A stretch of 64,000 bases of DNA from Polyangiales bacterium (GTDB taxonomy: Bacteria > Myxococcota_A > Polyangia > Polyangiales > JADJQN01). The position numbers and the translations under genes were made by a program. The stretch covers positions 320,001 through 384,000 of the forward strand of contig CAXNJO010000006.1 in NCBI GenBank assembly GCA_964202905.1, given 5' to 3'. Below, in pieces: positions 28,313-38,091 of the stretch (position 1 is the stretch's first letter; every line of letters begins with the position of its first letter). The notes below the pieces were generated by a model. That model was not told where the DNA came from. It saw only the letters and a list, made by a program, of their open reading frames with translations, and made no database searches.

Positions 28313-28840
28313 CTAGGGCTGACAACGAGACTGGACCGCGCGAACGAGCTCAGCCCGAGACCGGATGGTGCTCGTGCCGTCGTCGTCTTGCTGTTGCCAG
28401 TGCTCCATCAGCCTTCCTAGGTCCTCCATCGCGCGCCCGAATGCGCCGTTTTGCTGGCGGTCGAGCCATGCCTGATTCCGTTCCATTACGTCGTAGAGCT
28501 GTTCGGACCCTGCGCGTTGAAGGCGGAGCATGCGTGCCCGTCGTGCCCGGACCTCCGTGACATAGGCATCACAGATCGCGAGGTTGCGTTCGATCCGGCT
28601 CACGGGACGCGGCGGCGCGGGAGCGATCGGTGCTGCCGACGACACGACACCCGCGCTTGCGCGATCTCCGAGCCGTTGGCCATTCCAGGTCCCGAGTGGC
28701 CGCACGGGCCTGCCCGCTCCGGGCATGTTCATCCAGATACCGGTGAAACTCTCCCCATCGACCGTGAAGTCGAAACGAAGGGTTCCACTCGTCCCGTTCG
28801 GATCACGCCGCCGGACGGCGCCTCCCGCCGGTTGGTTCAC
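28313..28840 (-). CDS. Hypothetical protein or gene remnant with lower GC
   Basis: Open frame from a GTG overlapping the patatin stop (GTGA). Visibly more A/T-ending codons than its neighbours. Confidence 0.4.
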   Translation of the reverse strand: MNQPAGGAVRRRDPNGTSGTLRFDFTVDGESFTGIWMNMPGAGRPVRPLGTWNGQRLGDRASAGVVSSAAPIAPAPPRPVSRIERNLAICDAYVTEVRARRARMLRLQRAGSEQLYDVMERNQAWLDRQQNGAFGRAMEDLGRLMEHWQQQDDDGTSTIRSRAELVRAVQSRCQP

Positions 28841-30144
28841 CGCGGCAGCGGCCCCGGATCGCCGGGGGGCGCGAAGAAGGCGCGCACCTCGTCGGCGCGG
28901 CGCTTCGCGTCGCGGTGGCCGAGGTCCATCAGCGTCTTCGCGAAGCCGCCGTCGAAGAGCAGGAACGAGCCGAGGTCCGTCTCGACCGACTGGCCGAGAT
29001 CGCGCGCGCGCCGCAGCGCCGCGCCGACGAGCCGGGCGGCGCCGCGCCAGCGCGGGTGCTCCTCGCGCAGGTACTCGCCGGCGAGCACGCCGATGTCCTC
29101 CGAGGGGCGGAACACGAGCGTGTTCACGCGCCGGTAGTGCAGGCCGCGCTCCTGCGTGATCACGCGCATCACCTCCGAGAACTCGCCTTCGGGCAGGGTC
29201 TCCTCGAGCACCTCGATCAGGCGGTTCAGGCGCGAGAGCACCTGCAGATCGTAGTCGACCGGATCGAGAAGGAGCGCGTTCAGCACCTTGCCGAGCAGGA
29301 ACATCGGGTTGGGGTACTGCGCGAGCGCCGAGCGGACGCGCGTCGCGGGCGGATCGGGGTGCAGCAGCGAGACGACGACGAGGCGCGTCGCGCCCGCGCG
29401 GATCGCCGGCGAGATCGGCGTGTTGAAGCGCAGGCCGCCGTCGCAGTAGTAGGCGTCCCCGATGCGGCGCGCGGGGTAGAGCATCGGGATCGCCGCGGAG
29501 GCGAGCACGTGCTCGGCGGCGATGGGGCCCTCGCGCTGGATGCGGCGCTTGTCGCGTGAGCCCGCGACCTGTGTGCCTTCCGCGAGATGCGAGAAGATGG
29601 TCGTGCGCCCGCCCGCGACGTCGAGCGCGGAGATCATGAGCGCGCGCACGATGCCCTCGCGCACGTTCGCGTAGAGCCGCTGCCACGGGATCGTCTTCTC
29701 GACGATGTGCTCGAGCGGCCGGGGATCGAGCACCGCGCGGCCGTAGTGCTCGCCGAGGCCGCCGCGCGCGCGCCGCGCCCGGGAGAGCAGCGGCAAGGAC
29801 CGCGGCCAGCCGAGCAGGCCCGCCGGATCGAGCCGCAGATCGCGCGAGAGCTCCAGCGACTCCCACGTCCGGATGAGCCCGTGCACGCCGAGGTCCCCGC
29901 GGTCGGCGTGCGCCGCGAGGTAGGTCGCGTTGATCGCACCGACCGAGGTGCCCGTGAACACGTCGAAGGGGCTCGCGGCGTCCTCGCCGAGCCCGAGGAT
30001 CTCGACGATCCCCGCGAGCACGCCGACCTCGTAGGCGCCGCGTGCGCCGCCACCGGAGAGCACGAGCGCCGCCTTGTCCGGGCGGGGCCCGAACGAGCGC
30101 CGCGCGCTGCGGTCGCCGCGGTCGGTGTCGTCCGCGTCGCTCAT
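28837..30144 (-). CDS. Patatin-like phospholipase
   Basis: GGGARG, GTSVG, ASAAIP and DGG motifs. Confidence 0.93.
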   Translation of the reverse strand: MSDADDTDRGDRSARRSFGPRPDKAALVLSGGGARGAYEVGVLAGIVEILGLGEDAASPFDVFTGTSVGAINATYLAAHADRGDLGVHGLIRTWESLELSRDLRLDPAGLLGWPRSLPLLSRARRARGGLGEHYGRAVLDPRPLEHIVEKTIPWQRLYANVREGIVRALMISALDVAGGRTTIFSHLAEGTQVAGSRDKRRIQREGPIAAEHVLASAAIPMLYPARRIGDAYYCDGGLRFNTPISPAIRAGATRLVVVSLLHPDPPATRVRSALAQYPNPMFLLGKVLNALLLDPVDYDLQVLSRLNRLIEVLEETLPEGEFSEVMRVITQERGLHYRRVNTLVFRPSEDIGVLAGEYLREEHPRWRGAARLVGAALRRARDLGQSVETDLGSFLLFDGGFAKTLMDLGHRDAKRRADEVRAFFAPPGDPGPLPR

Positions 30145-32012
30145 GGGGGCGCTGCCGCCTCGTGCGCGCGCACCCAGGCCGCGAAGCGCTCGGCCGCCGC
30201 CATGAAGCCGCCGTCCGCGTCGTCGCACACGGTCTCGGCGCCGTGGATGACGCGCACGTGCGCGTCGAGCGCGATGGGCCCCGTGAACGCGGGCCGCGCG
30301 CGCTGCGCGTCCACCGCGGCGCGGGCCTCGGCGAGCGCGTCGTCGACCGAGCGGTTGCACGCGGCCACGAGCGCGTCCGCCGAGAGCGGGCTCCCCGTCA
30401 GCGCGCGCAGCGTCTCGTCGAAGGTCGCCGCGTTGCCGGGCGCCCAGTAGGCGCGGGCGAGGTCGGGGCCGATGCGCGGGTTGTCGGTGAGGTGGCCGTC
30501 GCGGGCGAGGAAGAACGCGCGCGTCTGGTACACGGCCATCTCGGCGAGCACGTAGCCGTGGTAGTAGGCGCTCGACTCGCCCGAGAGCAGGTGCGGCACC
30601 GCGAGCACGGGCCGCACGCCCGCCTCGAGGCCCTGCAGGTCCTGCTCGGTGCGGCGCACGGTCGCGAGCACGCGCTCGGGCGTGAGCTCGGCGTCCGGGA
30701 GCTCGTAGATCGCGCGCTCCGCGAAGGGCACCGTCATCAGCATGCGGACGTCCCAGCCCCGCAGCGGCTGCGACTCGCGCACGCCGGCTTCGATGAGCGA
30801 GAGCGGCATCGGCCGCCCTGCGGCGTCGCGCGCGTAGCGGACGCGCCAGTCGGCGTCGCCGAGCAGCGAGTCCATGAACATCGACTGGGTCTCGGCGTAC
30901 GCGACGCTCGTCGGCGCGAATTCCTGCGAAAAACAGGGCGCATCGGAGAGGATGTTCGAGAAGTGCGCGGCGTGACCACCCTCATGGAAGAGGGTCTCGG
31001 TGGCGCGGAGGCCCGAGCCGATCGCGGCGGGCACCGCGTTCGCCGTGAAGTTGATGCGCGCCGGGCGCCAGGTGCCGTCCTCGAAGAAGGCCGGCCCCGG
31101 CCCGTGCATGAAGCCGTTCTCGTACTTGCCCGCGCGATCGAGCAGATCGAGCGTGAGCGTCGCGCCGCGGTACGACACGCTGAGCGCCGCGAACGAGCGC
31201 CCCCAGCGCGCGAGCGAGTCGTCGAAGCGGAAGTACGGATCGAGCTCGCGGGAGAGGTCGCCGGCGCGCAGGAAGCCGAAGTTCCAGGGGGCGAGCGCGC
31301 TCGAGGTCCTGCCCGCGTGCGTCTCGGCGAAGCCCGCGAGCGCGGCGCGCGTGCCCGCGGCGGTGCGCGCGGCGAGGTCGCCGAGGACGCGGAAGAGGTC
31401 GCGCTTGCGCAGCCGCTCGACGACGCTCGTGCGCCAGTCGTAGTAGTCCTCGTAGCCGAGCATGCGGCCGAGGGCGTTGCGCATCCGTACGACCTCGAGA
31501 AAACCGTGCTCGAGCACGAAGGTCTCGACGGAGCGCAGGCCCTCGAAGGCCGCGCGGCGCCGCGCTTCGTCCGGGTCGGTGCGCATCATCAGCGCGAGCT
31601 TGTTGCTGCCCGCGGGGACGAGCGCGCCCGTCGCCGGGTCGACGTAGCCGAGCCGCATCGCGCCCCGCGCCCGGGCGAGCGCGGCCTCCGCCTCGACGAT
31701 GCGCTCCGAGAGCGCGCGCGCGGCCGGATCTTCGATGGTGTGCGCGGCAAAGAGCGCGATCCAACCGCGCAGCGTGCGGCCCTCGGGCGAGTCGGGCGGC
31801 GCGTCCGGCTCGAGCGCGCGGAGCCGCGTGAGCGTCGCCGGGTCCTGGAGGAAGCGGTTGAGCGCGATCTCCGCGTCCGCGGCCGTGCGGCTGACGGCGT
31901 CCGCGTCGGGCGCGAGGCCCATCTTGGCGCTCCAGAAGAGGTCTTCCTTGGCTTCGTGGAGCGCGAGGTAGCGGTCGCGCAGATCGCGCAGGACGGGGGC
32001 GAGCGTCGTCAT
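30141..32012 (-). CDS. M3-family zinc oligopeptidase
   Basis: RAGKYENGF, LFHEGGH (HExxH), AETQSM, YYHGY. ATGA overlap with patatin. Confidence 0.85.
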   Translation of the reverse strand: MTTLAPVLRDLRDRYLALHEAKEDLFWSAKMGLAPDADAVSRTAADAEIALNRFLQDPATLTRLRALEPDAPPDSPEGRTLRGWIALFAAHTIEDPAARALSERIVEAEAALARARGAMRLGYVDPATGALVPAGSNKLALMMRTDPDEARRRAAFEGLRSVETFVLEHGFLEVVRMRNALGRMLGYEDYYDWRTSVVERLRKRDLFRVLGDLAARTAAGTRAALAGFAETHAGRTSSALAPWNFGFLRAGDLSRELDPYFRFDDSLARWGRSFAALSVSYRGATLTLDLLDRAGKYENGFMHGPGPAFFEDGTWRPARINFTANAVPAAIGSGLRATETLFHEGGHAAHFSNILSDAPCFSQEFAPTSVAYAETQSMFMDSLLGDADWRVRYARDAAGRPMPLSLIEAGVRESQPLRGWDVRMLMTVPFAERAIYELPDAELTPERVLATVRRTEQDLQGLEAGVRPVLAVPHLLSGESSAYYHGYVLAEMAVYQTRAFFLARDGHLTDNPRIGPDLARAYWAPGNAATFDETLRALTGSPLSADALVAACNRSVDDALAEARAAVDAQRARPAFTGPIALDAHVRVIHGAETVCDDADGGFMAAAERFAAWVRAHEAAAPP

Positions 32013-32114
32013 CCCCGCGACGTTACGCCCGTTGCCCGCGAAAGGCTCGCTTGCGGCGGGGGCCCATTGCTGCATTCTGGTCGCTCGTTCTCCAGCGTCG
32101 GGGGCCTCGACACG

Positions 32115-33266
32115 ATGGGCAGCCACTCCACCTCGCGACGCCGCGCGGCGCTCTCGCCCGCGTGCCTGCTTCTGTCGGCGCTGCTCGCGGCATGCAACGT
32201 CTACGACCCGTCGCTCGTCGTTCGGGACGCGGGCGCGCCCGACATCCCGCGCCCGCTCGACCTCGGGCGCCGCGACCTCGCGAAGCCGCCGCCGCGGCCC
32301 GCCGGCGCGGACTCTGGCGACATGGAGCTGCTCTTCGCGCTGAAGGATGTCCGGCTCGATCAGGGCTCGTCGGGCTGGTCGGGCATCGGCTTCGACCTCG
32401 ACGATCGCTTCACGACCGTCGACGACCTCGACGTCGAGTGCAGCCCGCCGTCGCCCGGCGCCGAGCCCGAGCTCGACGGAGACGAGGGCATCGACAACGC
32501 CTTCGGCCACATCCTCTACCCGCTCATCGACGCCGTGCTGCCGACGCTCGAGACCGAGTTCCGCGCCTCGCAGACGGCCGGCCGCGGCACGCTCGTCGCG
32601 CGGATCACCGGCTGGAACGGCCTCGACGACGACCCGCGCGTGAACGTCGTCATCGCGCAGTCGGCCCTCGGGACGTCGGCCGCGGCCGCCGACGTCGACC
32701 CGGCGACGGGGCGGCTGCGTGCGGGGGGGGCCGCGCCGCCGCCGCTCTGGGCGGGCAACGACACGTTCTTCGTGCGCGAGGACGCGTTCGTCGGGGGCAA
32801 CGAGGCGCGGCCGCGCATCGAGGACTCGAACGCGTACATCGCGGACCGGCAGGTCGTGCTCACGCTCCCTGCGGGCACGGAGATCCTGTTCCTCGCGAGC
32901 GCGCGCTCGGTGAAGGTGAGCTTCACGGCGGCGACCGTGGTGGGCACGCTGAGCCCCGACGCACGTCGCCTCGAGCGCGTGACGGTCGCGGGGCGCTGGG
33001 CCTCCTCCGCGCTGCTCGAGGCCTCGGGGCCGGTCGGCATCTGCAGCGGCTCCGGGACCTGGGACATCCTCGCGAACGCGCTCGATCAGCGCGCCGACGT
33101 GCGCGCCGTCCCCGGCTCGGGCGGCGCGGGCGCGGACTGCGACGCGATCAGCCTCGGCGTCACCTTCGAGGGCTACCGCGGGCTCTGGGGCGGGCTCGCG
33201 CCGGCACCGGCCCCGCCGGACTGCTGCGCGGGCGTCCCCGGCGACGCGATGTGTCCGCCTCGCTAG
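32115..33266 (+). CDS. Hypothetical lipoprotein
   Basis: Lipobox LLAAC, acidic GFDLD/DGDEGIDN motifs, C-terminal CDAISLG typical of myxobacterial lipoproteins. Confidence 0.7.
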   Translation: MGSHSTSRRRAALSPACLLLSALLAACNVYDPSLVVRDAGAPDIPRPLDLGRRDLAKPPPRPAGADSGDMELLFALKDVRLDQGSSGWSGIGFDLDDRFTTVDDLDVECSPPSPGAEPELDGDEGIDNAFGHILYPLIDAVLPTLETEFRASQTAGRGTLVARITGWNGLDDDPRVNVVIAQSALGTSAAAADVDPATGRLRAGGAAPPPLWAGNDTFFVREDAFVGGNEARPRIEDSNAYIADRQVVLTLPAGTEILFLASARSVKVSFTAATVVGTLSPDARRLERVTVAGRWASSALLEASGPVGICSGSGTWDILANALDQRADVRAVPGSGGAGADCDAISLGVTFEGYRGLWGGLAPAPAPPDCCAGVPGDAMCPPR

Positions 33267-33345
33267 CCGGTCCGCGCGCCTCGGCCTGACGCGCGGCGAG
33301 TCGCCACGTTCAACCCGCGGCGCGTCGCCGGCATACTCGGACCGC

Positions 33346-36300
33346 ATGCCCGTGTCCCGCGGTCCCGTGTGCGTTCGCGTTGCGTCCTCTCTCCTCGTGG
33401 CCGCGGCCGCGTCGCTGCTCGGCGCGCGCCCGGCACACGCCGTCGATCCGCATCGAAGTTTCGAGCGGCTCGTCACCGGCAACGGCTTCACGGTCGCGAG
33501 CTTCGACGCCGCGCGACGCCGCATCGACAGCTTCCTCGAGCACCCGTACCGCTTCAACGCGCCGCGCGGTCCCGCGCCCGGCTTCTGCTACGCCGCCGAC
33601 GAGTCGCGCGATCTCGCGTACGACGTCTACTTCGGCGTGCGCTCGGGTGTTGCGAGCGCGGTGCGCGGCGAGTGGCTGCCCGAGCTTCCGCTCGACGACG
33701 CGGCGTTGGATCCCGGCACGGGCATCATCGTCGCAGAGCAGCACGCGGGCGCAGGTCGCACCCTCCGCACCGTCACGCACGCGTTCGCGCCGATGGGCTA
33801 CGAGGGCCCCGCGCTCGTCTTCGCGCTGTCGCTCACGAACGAGAGCGATGCGCCCGTGACGGCCAGCCCGTACGCGCTGCTCAACTTCCATCTCGGCGAC
33901 GCCGCAGGGAGGCACGAGCCCTCGGCGCTCGCCGAACAGGTCGCGTGGGATGCGGCGCGGGGCGCGTTCTACGAGTACGCCGACGCGAGTCGCGGGACGA
34001 TGGCGTACGTGCCGCTCGTGCCGCTCGCGGCCGTCACGGTGTCGTCCGGCGAGTCGGGCGTGTATCGCGCGCTCTCCGCGGGCCGCACGCTCGACGATGT
34101 CCGCGCGACGACCGCGCCGACCGACGATGTGGTGCCGGGGATGCAGGGCGAAGAGGTCACGCTCGCGCCGGGCGCCTCGGCGTGGATGGCGTTCGCCGTC
34201 GTGTGGGCGCTCGACGAGGATGCAGGCCCCGACATCGACGCGCTGCGCGCGTGGGCGGACGGAGTCGACCCTGCGGCGCTCGTGGATCGGGAACGCGCGG
34301 AGTGGGCTGCGTGGCACGCGCGGGGCACCCTCGCGCCGGAGTTCCGCGACGACGCCGCGATGATCCGCATGGGGCAGGTGCGCGAGCCGGGACCGGGGCA
34401 CGGGCAGATCCTCGCGAGCCTCCCGCCTGGGCTCGGCAACCTCGACGCCCAGTGGAACATCGCGTGGGTGCGCGACATGGCGTACGCGACCGCGGGCCTC
34501 GCGCGTGGCGGGCACCTCGACGAGGCGCGTGACGCGCTGCGCTTCCAGCTCGAGGCGCCGCGCGGCGAGCACGTCGACAAGGTCGGCCGCCCCTATCGCA
34601 TCTCGATCACGCGCTACTTCGGCAACGGCGCCGAGGAGAGCGACTGCAACGCGGATGGGCCGAACATCGAGTTCGACGGCTTCGGTCTCTTTCTCTGGTC
34701 GCTCGGCGAATACGTGCGCGCGGGCGGAAGCATCGAGGATGTGCGGCCCTACTGGCCCGTGATCCGCGACGAGATCGCAGACGTGCTCGTGTCGCTCATC
34801 GGGAGCGACGGCGTGATCCTGCCGGACTCGTCGATCTGGGAGGTCCACTGGAACGGCCGCCAGCGCCGCTTCACGTACACCTCGCTCGCCGCCGCGCGCG
34901 GGCTCTGCGACGCAGCGTCGATCGCGACGGCGCTCGGCGAGTCGGCCGATGCGGCGCGCTACGCGACGGCTGGCGCGGGCGTGCGCGACGCGGTGGTACG
35001 GAATCATACCGACGCGCGCGGCGTGCTCGCGCAGAGCGCCGAGGACCTCGCCGCAGGCCGCGGCTACATGGACGCGGCGGCGATCGAGGCGCTCAACTGG
35101 GGCATCGTCGACCCGGCGGGACGCGTCGCGCGGGCGACCGTCCGAGCGCTCCACGAGAACCTCACGGTGCCGCACGGGCGCGGCCTCATGCGCAACGACG
35201 ACGGCGGCTGGTACGACTCGCAGGAGTGGGTCTTCGTCGACCTGCGCCTCGCCGCCGCGACGCGCGGCTCGCCCGAGTCGGAGGCGCTGCTCGCCTGGAT
35301 CGACGCGCAGGCCGCGCGCAACCGCGGGAACATCAGCGAGCTGCACGAGGCGACGACGGCGGACTACCGCGGCTCGGTGCCGATGGTCGGTTTCGGCGCG
35401 GGCGCGCGCATCCTCGCGGCGCTCGACCTGCCGATCGAGCCCGCCTGCGGGGCCTTCGCGCCGGAGCCTCCCGCCCCCGAGCCCACCGACGCCGGGCCGC
35501 CGCGCGATCCGATCGACGCGGGCGTCGCGGACGCAGGCGCAGGGCGCACCGACGCCGGCGTCGCGGGCTGCGTCGGGAGCGCGTGCGGCGGCGCCGCGGA
35601 GGGCTGCGGCTGCAGCGTGCCCGGTGCGCCCGCGGGGCGTCACGGCGCGGGTCTCGCGCTCGCGTTCGTCGCGGTGCTCCTCGGTGCGTGGCGTCGCCGC
35701 CCGCGTCGTCGCGCCGGGGCCGCGCGCGCGGTCGGCCTCACGGCGTGCGTCGCCGCGCTCGCCACCGCGCTCGGCGCCTCGGGCTGCGGCGACGACGCCC
35801 CGACCCGTGATGGACGCGGTCTCGATGGCGGCGCGCTCGATGGCCGCGTGCCCGACGCGGGCTCCCTCGACGCCGGCCCGGGCGCGCTGCGCTGCGAGGT
35901 CGAGATCACCTACCGCGCGAGCGACGGCGCCCCGCGCGTCTTCGTCGCGGGCACGTTCAACTTGTTTTCGACGAGCAGCGATGCCCTCTTCGACGATGGT
36001 ATGGGGACCTATCGCCGCACGCTGCTGCTGCCCCCCGGGCTCTACGCCTACAAGTTCTACGTCGAGGGCGATGGCCGCGAACCGTGGCGCCTCGACCCGG
36101 CGAATCCCTACCGCGTGTTCGAGGGCGGCCTCGAGAACTCCGGTCTGCGCGTCCCCGATTGCGTGCGCCCGGCGCTCCGCGTGATCCGCGCCGGGGCCAC
36201 GCGCGCAACGGCCGGGGCGGGCACGCTCGAGGCCACGCTCACCTACGACGCGCGACGCGCGGGGCCGCTCGCCTCCGCGCGCGGCGAGCTGCGCGTCGGC

Positions 36301-37989
36301 GCTGCCTGGCGCCCGCTCACGTCGTCCGAGCTCACCATCGTGGGCGATGGTGTGTCCGTGCGCGTCACCGGCCTCGCCGACGGCAAGTACACCGCGCGCG
36401 TGTTCGCGGCCGACGCGGCGGGCGCGGAGAGCGAGAGCGCGCTCGTGCCCGTGTGGGTCGAGGCGCAGCGCTTCGCGTGGGATGGCGCGCTGCTCTACAT
36501 GATCATGGCGGACCGCTACCGGAACGGAGACCCGACCAACGACGCGCCGCCCGGCGACGCCAGCACCGGCGGGGGCTGGTCGGGCGGCGATCTGCAGGGG
36601 ATCACCGACGCGCTCGAGGACGGCTCGATCACGGACCTCGGCGCGGGCGCCCTGTGGATCACGCCCTTCAACACGAACCCCGAGGGCACCTTCGTCGCGG
36701 CCGACGACGTGCACCGCGTCGCGGGTTACCACGGTTATTGGCCCGTCTCGCCGCGTGACGTGGACCCGCGCCTCGGCGGCCCCGAGGCGCTCCGCGCGAT
36801 GATCGCGGCCGCGCACGCGCGCGGCGTCCGCGTGCTCATGGACTTCGTCGTCAACCACGTCCACGAGCAGCATCCCTACGTCGCCGCGCACCCCGAGTGG
36901 TTCAGCGACGGCTGCGTCTGCGGCACGTCCGGCTGCGACTGGACGGAGCGCCGCCTCGACTGCCTCTTCCGCCCGTACATGCCCGACGTCGACTGGAAGG
37001 TCGCCGCGGCGCAGGAGCAGTTCCTCGCCGACGCGCTCGCGTGGATGGAGGACTATGACCTCGACGGCCTCCGCGTCGACGCGGTCAAGCACGTCGACGA
37101 GGCCGCCGTCACGAACCTCGCCGTGCGCGTGCGCGAGCGCTTCGAGACGGGCGGCACGCGCGTCTTCCTGATGGGCGAGACGGCGATGGGCTGGGACGCG
37201 AGCGCCGGCCCCACCGAGGGCGGGAACATCGAGAATTACGACACGATCAGCCGCTACATCGGGCCGAACGCGCTCGACGGACAGTTCGATTTCCCGCTCT
37301 ATTACGCGGGCGCGCTGCAGTTCCTCCGCGACGAGCCCGGCCGCGGCATGCAGCACATCGACTACTGGACCCGCGCGAGCGCGTCGCGCTACCCGACCGG
37401 CGCGGTCATGACGCCGTACCTCGGCTCGCACGACACCTCGCGCTTCCTCTCGCTGCAGTCGGACCCTGCGCGCGCGAACAACCAGTGGAGCGACCCGCCC
37501 GCGACGCCGACGTCGAGCGAGCCGTACGACCGCATGTACGTCGCCTTCGGCTGGCTGATGTCGCTGCCCGGCGCGCCGCTGCTCTACCAGGGCGACGAGT
37601 ACGGCGAGACGGGCGGCGCCGATCCGGACAACCGCCGCCCGCTGCGGATCGGCCCGGCGCTCACCGCGCAGGAGCGTGCGCAGCGCGTGCGCGTGTCGGC
37701 GCTCGGTCGCGCGCGGGCGGCATTGCCCGGCCTGCGGAGCCGCGCCTACCGGCCGCTGCTCGTGACGGACGACGTGTGGATCGTCGCGCGTGGCGAGGGC
37801 GCGGATCTCGTCGTCGTCGCGCTGAACCGCGGCGCGGGCGCGCAGACCGTGACGGTGCCCATCCCGCGCGAGCTCGCCGCGGAGGACCGCGTCTTCACCG
37901 ATGCGCTCGCGCCCGCGACGTCGCTGCCGGTGCGCCGCGCGGCGCTCACCGTCGCGCTGCCCGCGCGCAGCGTCCGCTACCTGCGCTGA
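33346..37989 (+). CDS. Fused GH15-like glucoamylase + MYXO-CTERM-like segment + CBM48/Ig-like + GH13 alpha-amylase
   Basis: GH15-like WVRDMAY and SSIWEVH. Internal GCGCSV..TM..RRRPRRR. CBM48-like VAGTFN..YAYKF..DPANP. GH13 GGDLQG, YHGYW, DFVVNH, GLRVDAVKH, GE and GSHD. Confidence 0.85.
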   Translation: MPVSRGPVCVRVASSLLVAAAASLLGARPAHAVDPHRSFERLVTGNGFTVASFDAARRRIDSFLEHPYRFNAPRGPAPGFCYAADESRDLAYDVYFGVRSGVASAVRGEWLPELPLDDAALDPGTGIIVAEQHAGAGRTLRTVTHAFAPMGYEGPALVFALSLTNESDAPVTASPYALLNFHLGDAAGRHEPSALAEQVAWDAARGAFYEYADASRGTMAYVPLVPLAAVTVSSGESGVYRALSAGRTLDDVRATTAPTDDVVPGMQGEEVTLAPGASAWMAFAVVWALDEDAGPDIDALRAWADGVDPAALVDRERAEWAAWHARGTLAPEFRDDAAMIRMGQVREPGPGHGQILASLPPGLGNLDAQWNIAWVRDMAYATAGLARGGHLDEARDALRFQLEAPRGEHVDKVGRPYRISITRYFGNGAEESDCNADGPNIEFDGFGLFLWSLGEYVRAGGSIEDVRPYWPVIRDEIADVLVSLIGSDGVILPDSSIWEVHWNGRQRRFTYTSLAAARGLCDAASIATALGESADAARYATAGAGVRDAVVRNHTDARGVLAQSAEDLAAGRGYMDAAAIEALNWGIVDPAGRVARATVRALHENLTVPHGRGLMRNDDGGWYDSQEWVFVDLRLAAATRGSPESEALLAWIDAQAARNRGNISELHEATTADYRGSVPMVGFGAGARILAALDLPIEPACGAFAPEPPAPEPTDAGPPRDPIDAGVADAGAGRTDAGVAGCVGSACGGAAEGCGCSVPGAPAGRHGAGLALAFVAVLLGAWRRRPRRRAGAARAVGLTACVAALATALGASGCGDDAPTRDGRGLDGGALDGRVPDAGSLDAGPGALRCEVEITYRASDGAPRVFVAGTFNLFSTSSDALFDDGMGTYRRTLLLPPGLYAYKFYVEGDGREPWRLDPANPYRVFEGGLENSGLRVPDCVRPALRVIRAGATRATAGAGTLEATLTYDARRAGPLASARGELRVGAAWRPLTSSELTIVGDGVSVRVTGLADGKYTARVFAADAAGAESESALVPVWVEAQRFAWDGALLYMIMADRYRNGDPTNDAPPGDASTGGGWSGGDLQGITDALEDGSITDLGAGALWITPFNTNPEGTFVAADDVHRVAGYHGYWPVSPRDVDPRLGGPEALRAMIAAAHARGVRVLMDFVVNHVHEQHPYVAAHPEWFSDGCVCGTSGCDWTERRLDCLFRPYMPDVDWKVAAAQEQFLADALAWMEDYDLDGLRVDAVKHVDEAAVTNLAVRVRERFETGGTRVFLMGETAMGWDASAGPTEGGNIENYDTISRYIGPNALDGQFDFPLYYAGALQFLRDEPGRGMQHIDYWTRASASRYPTGAVMTPYLGSHDTSRFLSLQSDPARANNQWSDPPATPTSSEPYDRMYVAFGWLMSLPGAPLLYQGDEYGETGGADPDNRRPLRIGPALTAQERAQRVRVSALGRARAALPGLRSRAYRPLLVTDDVWIVARGEGADLVVVALNRGAGAQTVTVPIPRELAAEDRVFTDALAPATSLPVRRAALTVALPARSVRYLR

Positions 37990-38091
37990 ACGCCGCCGGG
38001 CCCGCGCCTCACCGGGGCCCTCGTCCCTGGGCCGAATGGCCCGCACCACACGGCTTGGCGCGTGGTGGTGCGCGCGTTACCGTCACGCCCC

